Assembly (NCBI GenBank): GCA_030141605.1
Contig: JAQGDQ010000381.1
Location: forward strand, 1 to 31,932
DNA length: 31,932 nucleotides
Reading direction: 5' to 3'
From: Tubiluchus corallicola
Lineage: Eukaryota > Animalia > Priapulida
How positions within the stretch are numbered: the first letter of the stretch is position 1; every line of letters begins with the position of its first letter. The notes under the pieces were generated by a model that worked only from the letters and a program-made list of their open reading frames with translations, searched no databases and was not told the DNA's origin. A program made the translations under genes and the position numbers. Shown piece after piece: positions 21,684 through 31,932 of the stretch.

Positions 21684-24591
21684 GTGAGTACTCCTTGATT
21701 AATTTTGGTCATTGTAGTCTGTGGTATACCGGTACAAGTAATGACAAAAATTATTTATCATTCTAGTCTAATTATTTATGCGACAAACTGGCTTTCTGAA
21801 ATGAGCAATATAAATGTGGATTCAATTTTTTATTGATGTTTTTTGGCAGGCTGTTAATAATCAAAATCACTTTTGCAAACAGGAAATGCTAGACTTGGTT
21901 TGTTTTAAAAATAAAAGTACAAGCAAATTCTAACTTGTCACTTTTACTACTGTTTAGTGGCTTTGCTGTAGAAATAACTTTTGATTATCAAAGACATCAA
22001 CGATAAACTGTTACAAATATGAGGCAGTTTACTCGGAATTCCTCAGAAGATTGTTCCAAATCCTAATTGTTCGTTTGTAAAAGGAATGTGTGTAGGAGAG
22101 CAAGTACATGTGATTTGTACATACATGTATTTGTACTACTTCCATGCCAATTGTAGCCCTGTAGCCCTAATATTAAATTGTATGTTTATAAGCCAACTGG
22201 TTAAAAGGTTATTCAGCGAGCAACTTTCAGAACAATTAGGAATAATAGAACTACCCACCATGAACAAAAATCAAGCACAATCACCAAGAAAAAAACTCGC
22301 CTACACAGTTCACAAAGCCATGGAGAAGCCATACCAATGCAGTTCAAATTCGCTTAAAAGAATTTCAATATTTCAAAGAGTAGATTGTTTTGATCTGCAG
22401 TTTAAGATTGCGTCTGGTTTTGCTTTAAGAACGAATGTACACAAAGCAGTTAATTAGTACTTATTAGTTGCTGCTTTTTCGGTATAAAAACGGATTCAGC
22501 CAATGTTTGCTACCGGAATGAAACTTCATGCATTTGTATTTGCAATAACAGAAAAACAAAATGAGTGAAATTTTGGAAAACTAACGACAGTACACGAAAA
22601 CGAACTTCAATAAAAATTTATAAGTTGATAGCAAATAAAATTAGAATTTTTGCTACCGAATCTGATGCACAGCAGACAGAAACATGTGGTGTCATCTGGT
22701 GGCCAAACAGATCACAAAGTGCATGCATAGACGGCATAATTTGGACTTTAAAAAAACAACAATTATTTAATAAATGCTGAACAATAATTATGGAGGAAAA
22801 TTATCAAACTATTTAAGGACGTCTATATTTTGTAGTTTCTATGGTTTCTAGTCAAGCCATTTATCCAGTAAGTAAGAGATTATTAGGCTTAAACAGTCAC
22901 TAGTAGTGTTAAATGCTACCAAAATATTTATCTCAGAAAAGATAATTATGACAAAGCTGAATTTTCCAAGTATGATAAATTAACAATCCCTGGTAAATCT
23001 TGTCATAGATATTCACAAACTACAAACATAATATGAATATTTTTAAGAACAACAAGTGTGTAACAATTGCTCATGGAAAGAAGCGGTTAACTAAGCCTTA
23101 ACAATGGGCTGCTTACTTTTGCTGATATGATTAACATGGCCTCAATTTTGACACTTATGAGTTCCAAAATACATAAAGATGATGGAAACGCTGCTGAAAG
23201 TAGATGATAATGCATGTAGATGGCACAAAAATAGATGTAGGTTAAAAAGTAGATGTTTCAAACACCGATCTCAACACAAATTTTCTAGTTCTTTCCTCTT
23301 CATAGAACCTTATAGTTAGAGTCGCAATTTTTTGTATGTCGCATAGTAAGGTAAACTGCAAGCCAGAATTCAGTATTCAACGATGTGACTTGCATGTAGC
23401 GGGACCAGGACCTAGTTCATTATCAAGGCTCTCTCTACAGGCGTCTCAGCCGTGTCGAGATGTGAAAACATACAGACACAGTATGGAGAACGAAATGATC
23501 CACAGAGAGTATTGAACCCAGGCGGTCACGAGCCATTCACATGAAGCAGGTAACCAGTCCACTATATGGCATCATCACAGTGCCCCAGCGCTTCAAATTA
23601 ATGATGTGTAGCATGATAAATACACGATGATTTCTTGACTAGAGATCATAAATAGAAAATAGGTCAGTGAGTTCACTCAAGGTCAACGGTCATTTAAGGT
23701 AGCAAAAAACAAAAATATTAAAATTTCCAATGTTTTTAAACTACTTAAGAAAATAGGTTAAAATTGTTGCTAGTTGATTGGTGCCAGTTCACTCAAGGTC
23801 AAGGGTCATCTAAGGTCACAAAAAGCTGAATGTTGAAAGATTCGATATTTTTAAATGGCTTGAGTTGTAGCCTGAAATTTTATCAAATATGGCCGCCGTA
23901 ATTTTGTTCAGGAGTGCGTAATTATACAAACAAGACATTGCGTAAAAATGACTTAATTTTTGTAAAAAAAATTTACACCTGACATATCAAAAATATTGTG
24001 ATGAAGATCTCGTTGTAGCTGAGGATTTTTTACTGTCACATGATTAACAAGTCTGGCTTCCTGTAGCAGGGCCTTGGGCTTCGTATCCTCTGCATATTTC
24101 ATCAATAGAGCACCCTTCATCAGTATGACTATGGTACTTCTGTGTTTCACCGCCGAACGTTGACGGAGCTGCTTCGTTGAGAGCCGAGTTACTTGTAATT
24201 AAGCCTGCCAATTCTTTTATCGAGGATTGTAATTATTGCTGCAGTTTTTTAAGTAGGGAGGCAGCAAAGATTAGAGCAGAATTTGGAAACACAGCCCCCC
24301 CCCCTCAGCTCAGTCACATTCTCTCTGCCAAAACTTGTTAAATTTGACTTTGGTTAACATTGATGGCAAATGTACGATAAACAACATGTGGTGCCCAATT
24401 TGTGAGAATTTAACACGTAGATAAGTACTACACTGAGCACTGAGCATGCTGTTCAGATTCTATTGACAACAATTCTTAGATTCTTTCTTTTTACCAGTTT
24501 TAGTTTGATCGTTAACACTACAAACATGCATTCTCAGGTGTCGTGACAGGTGTGGTTTTATCACCGTGGATGCTCTATTCGCTGAGAAGCC

Positions 24592-24702
24592 ATGACTCAT
24601 AATTCAGCGGATCAAGATGCGGCCACCATGCTGCGTATGTCTTTAACGGAGACATACATCAACTTGGTGAGACGGATGAACTCTCCGCTGGCTGCAATAA
24701 AG
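24592..24702 (+). CDS. SPATA2: SPATA2-like first coding segment (MTHNSADQDAATMLRMSLTETYINLVRRMNSPLAAIK)
   Basis: gccATG at 24592 with an in-frame TGA just upstream. Exon acceptor ttctcag|g at 24538, donor aag|gtgagt, phase 0. Confidence 0.75.
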
Positions 24703-24801
24703 GTGAGTTTATTGTAGATGAGGATACAAAATATTGACTGGTGTAATAACACTATTGAAATAAAGTATCTGACATCTGATTAAAAGTCTGGTATACATCA
24801 T

Positions 24802-24838
<37 letters not shown>

Positions 24839-25071
24839 CATGCATGTGTGCACAGAGTTTGTGTGTGTGTGTGTGTGTGTGCACAGAGTTTGTGTGTGAA
24901 CGGACATGCATGTATTTGTGTGCAGGTGTTTATGTTCGTGTGTGTGTGTGTGTGCATGTGTATATCTGTTCACACGTTGTGCATGTGTGTGTGTGTGTGC
25001 ATGTGCATGTGTATATCTGTTCACACGTTGTGCATGTGTGTGTGTGTGTGTGTGTGTGCACACGTGGTGCA

Positions 25072-25111
<40 letters not shown>

Positions 25112-28100
25112 CAGACATGCCTATATTTGTGTGCAGGTGTTTATGTGCGTGTGTGTGTGTGTGGGCATGTGTATATGTGTGCACACGTTGTGCATGCGTG
25201 TGTGTGCACACGTGGTGCATGTGCATGTGGATATGTGTGCACACTTGGTGCACGTGTGTGTGTGTGTGTGTGTGCTGTTTTATTTTCTTTTTCGGAGATC
25301 TACTCATTCAAGCTATCAGATGTAAATTCTCAATATAAAAGCTGTATAACTGGACTGTAAGTCAGAACACAGTTTCTCCTATGCATTTACAGCCACACAA
25401 AATACTGCTTTGCGCACGACTCGAAACAAACGGAAAATTTTGGGAACCATTTCTTTACCGTTTTGAGGAAAACTATGTTATTTTCAATTTTTTGATAAAG
25501 CAGGGCGACAAGTTTGTTAGGAAATTTCGTGAAAACTTTGGTTGCAGTAAAGTTTGACATCATCCCGTGCAGAAATGCACATTCACACGTTTAATTCATC
25601 CAAAGTCAAGGCTTTCTGTTTTAACAGCTGAAACTAGCCTTTTAGAGTAAACTTTACGAGGTTGTCCTAGCAGGGTGTGAATTGCTTTAAAATAGCAAAG
25701 ATATGACTCACAGTAAAACTAGTTACTTATAGTTTTCCAAAACATTGAACACTTTCGGATTAAAGAAATGATTCAAGATTTCCAGGCATGAATTTAAACC
25801 ACAGATTTAATCTGTTGAGTACATTAGGTCTAGGTCTTTTCTAGGTCACAAGTCTTGCGTAACTGCTTTAAAGCTCAAGTATAAACCTGAGTTTGTAAAG
25901 TTTAACACACCATAAACCTGAGTTGAGCATTCAATGGCGTGATTGAAACTTAGCTTAGTACCAAGCACAACCCTCTATGATGAGCCACTAAACCAGCAGA
26001 GGTGCCTGAGCCACATTCGAACAATGTTTGCAAATGATAATATAGCCATGAATGAGTATTACAGCCAAACGTCAGTGGTCGTACTCATGTAAAGCACTTG
26101 CGTCTATTCACTCAGCCATGAAACCCGCCACGATCTAATTCACTGGGAGTTTTTATTTTTGTTTTGAAAATACGAATGCATTACATTTCACCCTTACAGC
26201 AAGTTTTTGATCAAACTATACTGCAGCTAAACCTCTTTCATACCGCCTACTTTGGGAGTGTAAAAGAGTTTGCTTTATAGCGAATTTGACAATATAATGA
26301 GATGTATGATTACATAAATATTTATGTAAATAGAGAGATTTTGTTTTGGTAAAAGTCTGTTAGGTTAGGTTGGCATCATAACAATGTATGACTTTAGTTA
26401 ATAGGTTAAATAACTTCATTAAATCGAGTACATTTGTGTTAGTTAATGCATGTGTAAGTTTAATTCATATATCATTTATTTCTAGGACGGTGAAAGAGTT
26501 CTGCTTCTTGCTGACGTTTTTCGTTTTCTCACGAAAGCGCCGGAGTCGATCAAATTCTGCATGCAAGGCTTTTCGGACTTGCTCTTGCTGTCGATACGCG
26601 AAAAAGAGAAATTCCGCTTCAAGGCAGCCGCTTCCGCTTTCGAAGTACTGGAAACGATCGCGTTAAACTTGTTTTGTTTCCCCTGGCGGCAAGAATATAA
26701 AACAATCAAGGTATGCCATCTGCATGTTATCTGATTTTCTTTATTTATTACAGTAAACTACGCACGACTCGAACACCTTGGGATCAGAAAATTTGTTTGA
26801 GTTCTACGAGGGTACAAATTGCACAATATTCGTAAGAAAACAAGATTGATGCACTCGGACAATACACTAGTAACACTACAGCCTGTGAAAATGACAAACT
26901 GAGCCTTTAATCAAATATCAAACAACATTTTTTATGAATAATCAAAAATAAAATGACTGGTCCTCCTCTCTATTGTAGTCTGAGTAGCATGGTTAATAGA
27001 ATTCAGTAATAATAATATTGTGTTATAGTTATTAAACCATGTTTGTTAAGCCGTGTTGGGTGCAGCGTTCTGCTGAAGTAATACACACTAAATCACAAGC
27101 AGTTATAATCGTAATGCGGTGCACTCTTTTATGTAGGACTTCTCACTTGGAAGGTTGTTCGGAATAGGTCCTGAGAATGGTCTCGGTCAGATTTACGTGA
27201 TAATGCGAGTTGTGCAGAGTTTACTGTATTTATTTTGAGTATTTAAAAATAGACGCTTTACTATAATGTATTTAAACGATCACATTGATGAAAATGCTGT
27301 ATATTATTCACTTACATTAATCCCTTTTTCAATTATGTTTAGTCAGAATTTTATTTGAATTTCTTGCATTTTTATGCATCTATCAGTCCATACAAAATAT
27401 TTTTGTTTAATATATGCAACATTGTTTAATAGTTTTGTTTGTTAATATTTTACTTCTACTTTTAATACAATATTTTTATTTAATATTTCACTATTGTGTT
27501 TAATATAAAACTTTTCTTTGATATTTAGTATAAAAAATGCCTTTTTACAATTTCGCATTTAACTGACAACTACAATCAGTATGCAGTCAAACCTCCTTGT
27601 ACCGCCTGAGAGCTGTAATCAGCATGCAGTCAAACCTCCTTGTACCGCCTGAGAGCTACAATCAGTATGCAGTCAAACCTCCTTGCACCGCCTGAGAGCT
27701 ACAATCAGTATGCAGTCAAACCTTCTTGCACCACCTGTGAGCTACAATCAGTATGCAGTCAAACCTTCTTGCACCACCTGAGAGCTACAATCAGTATGCA
27801 GTTAAACTTCCTTGCACCACATGAGAGCTACAATCAGTATGCAGACAAACCTCCGTGCACCACCTGAGAGCTACAATCAGTATGCAGTCAAACCTCCGTG
27901 CACCACCTGAGAGCTACAATCAGTATGCAGACAAACCTCCGTGCACCACCTGAGAGCTACAATCAGTATGCAGACAAACCTCCTTGCACCACCTGAGAGC
28001 TACAATCAGTATGCAGACAAACCTCCGTGCACCACATGAGAGCTACAATCAGTATGCAGACAAACCTCCGTGCACCACCTGAGAGCTACAATCAGTATGC

Positions 28101-31100
28101 AGACAAACCTCCGTGCACCGCCTGAGAGCTGCAATCAGTATGCAGTCAAACTTCCTTGCACCACATGAGAGCTACAATCAGTATGCAGACAAACCTCCGT
28201 GCACCACCTGAGAGCTACAATCAGTATGCAGACAAACCTCCGTGCACCACATGAGAGCTACAATCAGTATGCAGACAAACCTCCTTGTACCGCCTGAGAG
28301 CTGCAATCAGTATGCAGACAAACCTCCTTGTACCGCCTGAGAGCTGCAATCAGTATGCAGACAAACCTCCTTGTACCGCCTGAGAGCTGCAATCAGTATG
28401 CAGACAAACCTCCGTGCACCACCTGAGAGCTACAATCAGTATGCAGTCAAACCTCCGTGCACCACCTGAGAGCTACAATCAGTATGCAGTCAAACCTCCT
28501 TGTACCGCCTGAGAGCTACAATCAGTATGCAGTCAAACCTCCGTGCACCACATGAGAGCTACAATCAGTATGCAGTCAAACCTCCTTGCACCGCCTGAGA
28601 GCTACAATCAGTATGCAGTCAAACCTCCTTGCACCGCCTGAGAGCTACAATCAGTATGCAGTCAAACCTCCTTGCACCACCTGAGAGCTACAATCAGTAT
28701 GCAGACAAACCTCCGTGCACCGCCTGAGAGCTACAATCAGTATGCGGTCAAACCTTCTTGCACCACCTGGGAGCTACAATCAGTATGCGGTCAAACCTCC
28801 GTGCACCACCTGAGAGCTACAATCAGTATGCAGACAAACCTCCGTGCACCGCCTGAGAGCTACAATCAGTATGCGGTCAAACCTTCTTGCACCACCTGGG
28901 AGCTACAATCAGTATGCGGTCAAACCTCCGTGCACCACCTGAGAGCTACAATCAGTATGCAGACAAACCTCCGTGCACCACCTGAGAGCTACAATCAGCA
29001 GGCAGTCAAACCTTCTTGCACCACCTGGGAGCTACAATCAGTATGCGGTCAAACCTCCGTGCACCACCTGAGAGCTACAATCAGTATGCAGTCAAACCTC
29101 CTTGCACCACCTGAGAGCTACAATCAGTATGCACAAACCTCCTTGCACCACCTGAGAGCTACAATCCTTGCAGTCAAACCTCCTTGCACCACCTGAGAGC
29201 TACAATCAGTATGCAGTCAAACCTTCTTGCACCACCTGAGAGCTACAATCAGTATGCAGTCAAACCTTCTTGCACCACCTGAGAGCTACAATCAGTATGC
29301 AGTCAAACCTTCTTGCACCACCTGAGAGCTACAATCAGTATGCAGTTAAACTTCCGTGCACCGCCTGAGAGCTACAATCAGTATGCAGACAAACCTCCGT
29401 GCACCACCTGGGAGCTACAATCAGTATGCAGACAAACCTCCGTGCACCACCTACTTTAAAACTGCAAAAAAAGTTGGCATTATAACTAGGTGCATTAATA
29501 CACACATGTCTGTGCAAATATAGACATATTTGTGCTAAAAATTTGGGCGTTAAATGTGGTATTGTGGTGGGTGGGGGGTCATTTATAAGGACGTTTGATT
29601 GGAATTACTTAAATTTGACAAATGAAATCACTTTATGCTAAAATAAAATCCTAAATTTACTGTCCTCAATCTTATAAACTTCTTCATATTAACGTCTGTT
29701 ATAATTTCTCACATTGTAAATGAAACTAATTTGGCAATTTTCCAATTAATTTAACCTTCTATAATAAGAACTGATATTAATTAAATTAAGGTGTGTAAAA
29801 TTATTAGCTTACAATGAGCGGAAATGATATAAAAATCTATTTACTTGTTTCCTAAATCTCCATAAGACAAATGCGCCATTTATGGATGTATCATCAAAAC
29901 TGTCATACCGCGAAGCCACTTTCATCATTCTAACGTGCGTAGCGAAGCCAGTTAATGTTTATAAATCAGCAGGTAATAAGCCTTGTCACAGTTCTAGCAA
30001 TTGATGATGATCGTGAAAAGGTCATAAGTTAGGTGTACCAGACAACTCATTTGTGTACACTTGACAACTCCTCTCAGCTCATGCTTTTGTAATAGTAACA
30101 GTTTTAACAGCTAACTAGAACCTTACTTAGTTCATTATTTCTTGTTCCCAAGCAAGATCCTGCTCGTAAATCACTCTATGCACAGAATAATGCATGATTA
30201 AGTAAAATTCATGTAAAACAACTGAAGTCACTGAACTGATGTGGCAGACGGCTTTGTCTCAGACACACGTCACGTGACGATTGTAGTTAAGACGCGTTGC
30301 TGTGCTACAGTTGAACTTTGACATGCAGTAACTGCACGTGTGCACAACAAAACTGCGAGACGGCTTACGATCCTCAAGTAAAAACAGATGATCCAGTAAT
30401 GGTCACATGCCCAACAACATGCGTCGTTTTTCAAGACGATACGTACCGTTTAACTTCCTATAAATTGTTGTACATCTTATAATAGTGATGGGGTCTATTT
30501 AAAGTGATCATGATTTTCCTGTTGTTAATCAAAGTTGGCAGCATTAAAATCGATTACAATTTGCAAATGACTACTAACATTTTTGTGCATAGAGAATTTC
30601 ACATGATAATTGCACAATGGAGAAGTTTGATTGGGCCGTTGTTAAATCGTAACCCTGTTATTTGTTTTCCAGTTGTTTAGTGGGCCGTATCGTTGCAACG
30701 TAGAATTCTACCTGGCATCTTCTGAACAAATACTTCAACAATTAGGGTATTACCAGCACGCTCACTACAGGTAATGTGTAAATTAAGTTTAAAGTTTTTA
30801 TTACATTGCTGCATTGAATTTTGTTGTGGTCAAGTAGTTTGTTAAAGTGGTGCTTTAGAAAGAAAATGTTTTGTACTTTGTTTCAAAATTTGTTTTTTTT
30901 TGTTAAACTGGTGGTAATTCCAGCCATGTACTTGCAAACGTGCGATCAGTGTTGCCTTGCAAACTGCGCAGACCAGTTAAAAAAAGGTATTGTAGCTTTC
31001 AATGTTTTAGCGCATACTTTATTTTGAACTGATGTATACGTAATCGTAAGGTTTTCCTTTAATCGGTATCCCGAGGTTTTAAAACTGCCAAGTTAAACCC

Positions 31101-31367
31101 ATAAAAACAGTTTCAATTTGTTTTAAAGTAAATACAGTACGCAGCAGCGGATTAAAACTTCACCTTGAAACTTCATGTGTTTTATAACCTAGTGTTTTTA
31201 TCATAATTCGCATTTTATTTTCTAGGGATGTTTATGTCCATAGTGGAAAACCTGACCTAGACGTAATCGCCACGGTTGCATTCGATTGTTTTATTGCCTA
31301 TGCTGAATGTTGCGTCATGGATGACATATACAGCTGCATGCGACAAAATGGTTACACAATGGCACAG
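24592..31367 (+). CDS. SPATA2: SPATA2/tamozhennic-like PUB-domain protein, N-terminal 192 aa in 4 exons; continues beyond the window
   Basis: Spliced peptide contains AFEVLETIALNLFCFPWRQEYKTIK-LFSGPY...ILQQLGY...VAFDCFIAYAEC...GYT. This matches the SPATA2 PUB domain as I recall it ([31 protein letters not shown]...ILSCMGY...VSFELFLAKVEC...KGYS). Exon phases are compatible. Confidence 0.9.
24804..25274. repeat. Compound (GT)n microsatellite with internal block duplications
   Basis: Long gt runs interrupted by repeated gcacagagttt and atatctgttcacacgttgtgcat blocks. Confidence 0.95.
26486..26710 (+). CDS. SPATA2: SPATA2-like exon (DGERVLLL...FPWRQEYKTIK)
   Basis: atttctag|gac acceptor, aag|gtatgc donor, 225 nt open, PUB core PWRxEYKTIK. 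Confidence 0.92.
26751..27226 (+). mobile_element. Tc1/mariner-like MITE (family B, copy 2)
   Basis: TA|CAGTAAACT...AGTTTACTG|TA. Shares ctacagcctgtg.aaatgacaaactgagcctttaatcaaatatcaaacaac with copy 1. Sits 41 nt after a SPATA2 donor. Confidence 0.85.
27570..29452. repeat. Minisatellite, 43-bp unit, ~44 copies, local 129-bp higher-order repeat
   Basis: Unit ctacaatcagtatgcag(t/a)caaacctcc(t/g)tgcacc(a/g)cctgagag. Confidence 0.97.
30673..30770 (+). CDS. SPATA2: SPATA2-like exon (LFSGPYRCNVEFYLASSEQILQQLGYYQHAHY)
   Basis: ttttccag|ttg acceptor, cag|gtaatg donor, 98 nt, phase 0-2. Confidence 0.88.
31226..31367 (+). CDS. SPATA2: SPATA2-like exon (DVYVHSGKPDLDVIATVAFDCFIAYAECCVM...GYTMAQ)
   Basis: ttttctag|g acceptor, cag|gtatgt donor, 142 nt, phase 2-0. 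Confidence 0.88.
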
Positions 31368-31418
31368 GTATGTCATTATCGTTATTTTGCATAAACAAAG
31401 AATAGTATTTACTAATCA

Positions 31419-31932
31419 TAGAATTGACAGAGTTGCATTATTGCATTGTACAATTGACAGAGTTGCATTATTGCATTGTAGAACTGACAGAGTTGCATTA
31501 TTGCATTGTAGAATTGACAAAGTTGCGTTATTGCATTGTACAATTGACAGAGTTGCATTATTGCATTGTAGAATTGACAGAGTTGCATTATTGCATTGTA
31601 GAATTGACAGAGTTGCATTATTGCTTTGTAGAATTGACAGAGTTGCATTATTACATTATAGAATTGACAGAGTTGCATTATTGCATTGTAGAATTGACAG
31701 AGTTGCTTTATTGCATTGTAGAACTGACAAGTTTCATTATTGCATTGTAGAACTGACAGAGTTGCATTATTGCATTGTAGAACTGACAGAGTTGGATTAT
31801 TGCATTGTAGAACTGACAAGTTGCATTATTGCTTTGTAGAATTGACAGAGTTGCATTATTGCATTGTAGAACTGACAGAGTTGGATTATTGCATTATAGA
31901 ATTGACAGAGTTGCATTATTGCATTGTAGAAT
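31419..31932. repeat. Minisatellite, 30-bp unit, at least 17 copies, runs off the window
   Basis: Unit gaattgacagagttgcattattgcattgta. Confidence 0.96.

Noticed and set aside
23953-24200. Coding-looking minus-strand ORF (65 aa) in the SPATA2-like leader intron
   Set aside because: No recognisable homology, no convincing partner exons, GTG start. Cannot be supported, though a BLASTX would settle it.
24709-25360. VC/HT-rich ORFs on both strands
   Set aside because: Translations of the (GT)n microsatellite.
26388-26709. Listed ORFs 26388..26666 (+) and 26482..26709 (-)
   Set aside because: Shadow frames of the true SPATA2-like exon 26486-26710.
27640-29196. 43-aa repeat ORFs
   Set aside because: The 43-bp unit cycles through frames; opening depends on single variant bases.
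31276-31839. Repeat ORFs (RIDRVALLHC etc.)
   Set aside because: 30-bp array; the real exon 31226-31367 is read in a different frame.
699-31932. Tandem arrays as CRISPR arrays
   Set aside because: Units are directly adjacent with no unique spacers, there are no cas genes, and the DNA is spliceosomal eukaryotic.

Overview
AT-rich metazoan (probably invertebrate) genomic DNA, not prokaryotic. Most entries in the supplied ORF track are repeat artefacts. Manual GT-AG splicing gives two + strand genes. (1) The last 11 coding exons of a rotatin (RTTN) orthologue, 2012-18299: 1681 coding nt, about 559 aa, stop at 18297-18299. (2) The 5' part of a SPATA2/tamozhennic-like PUB-domain gene: probable non-coding first exon ending 21683, coding exons 24592-31367, continuing past the window. 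The introns hold six unrelated, homogeneous minisatellite arrays (69, 30, 53, 27, 43 and 30 bp units) and many non-autonomous DNA transposons (hAT-like with 8-bp TSDs, Tc1/mariner-like with TA, piggyBac-like with TTAA). The most unusual points are all in RTTN. A ~700-bp inverted copy of one intron brackets two exons. One acceptor is present four times and one donor three times. Several arrays start at TE or duplication edges, and their units resemble splice signals. I see no clear evidence of a new protein-based system. The candidate novelty is in splicing, RNA structure and repeat genesis, and it is hypothetical. Protein identities rest on my recall of the vertebrate sequences, not on a database search.
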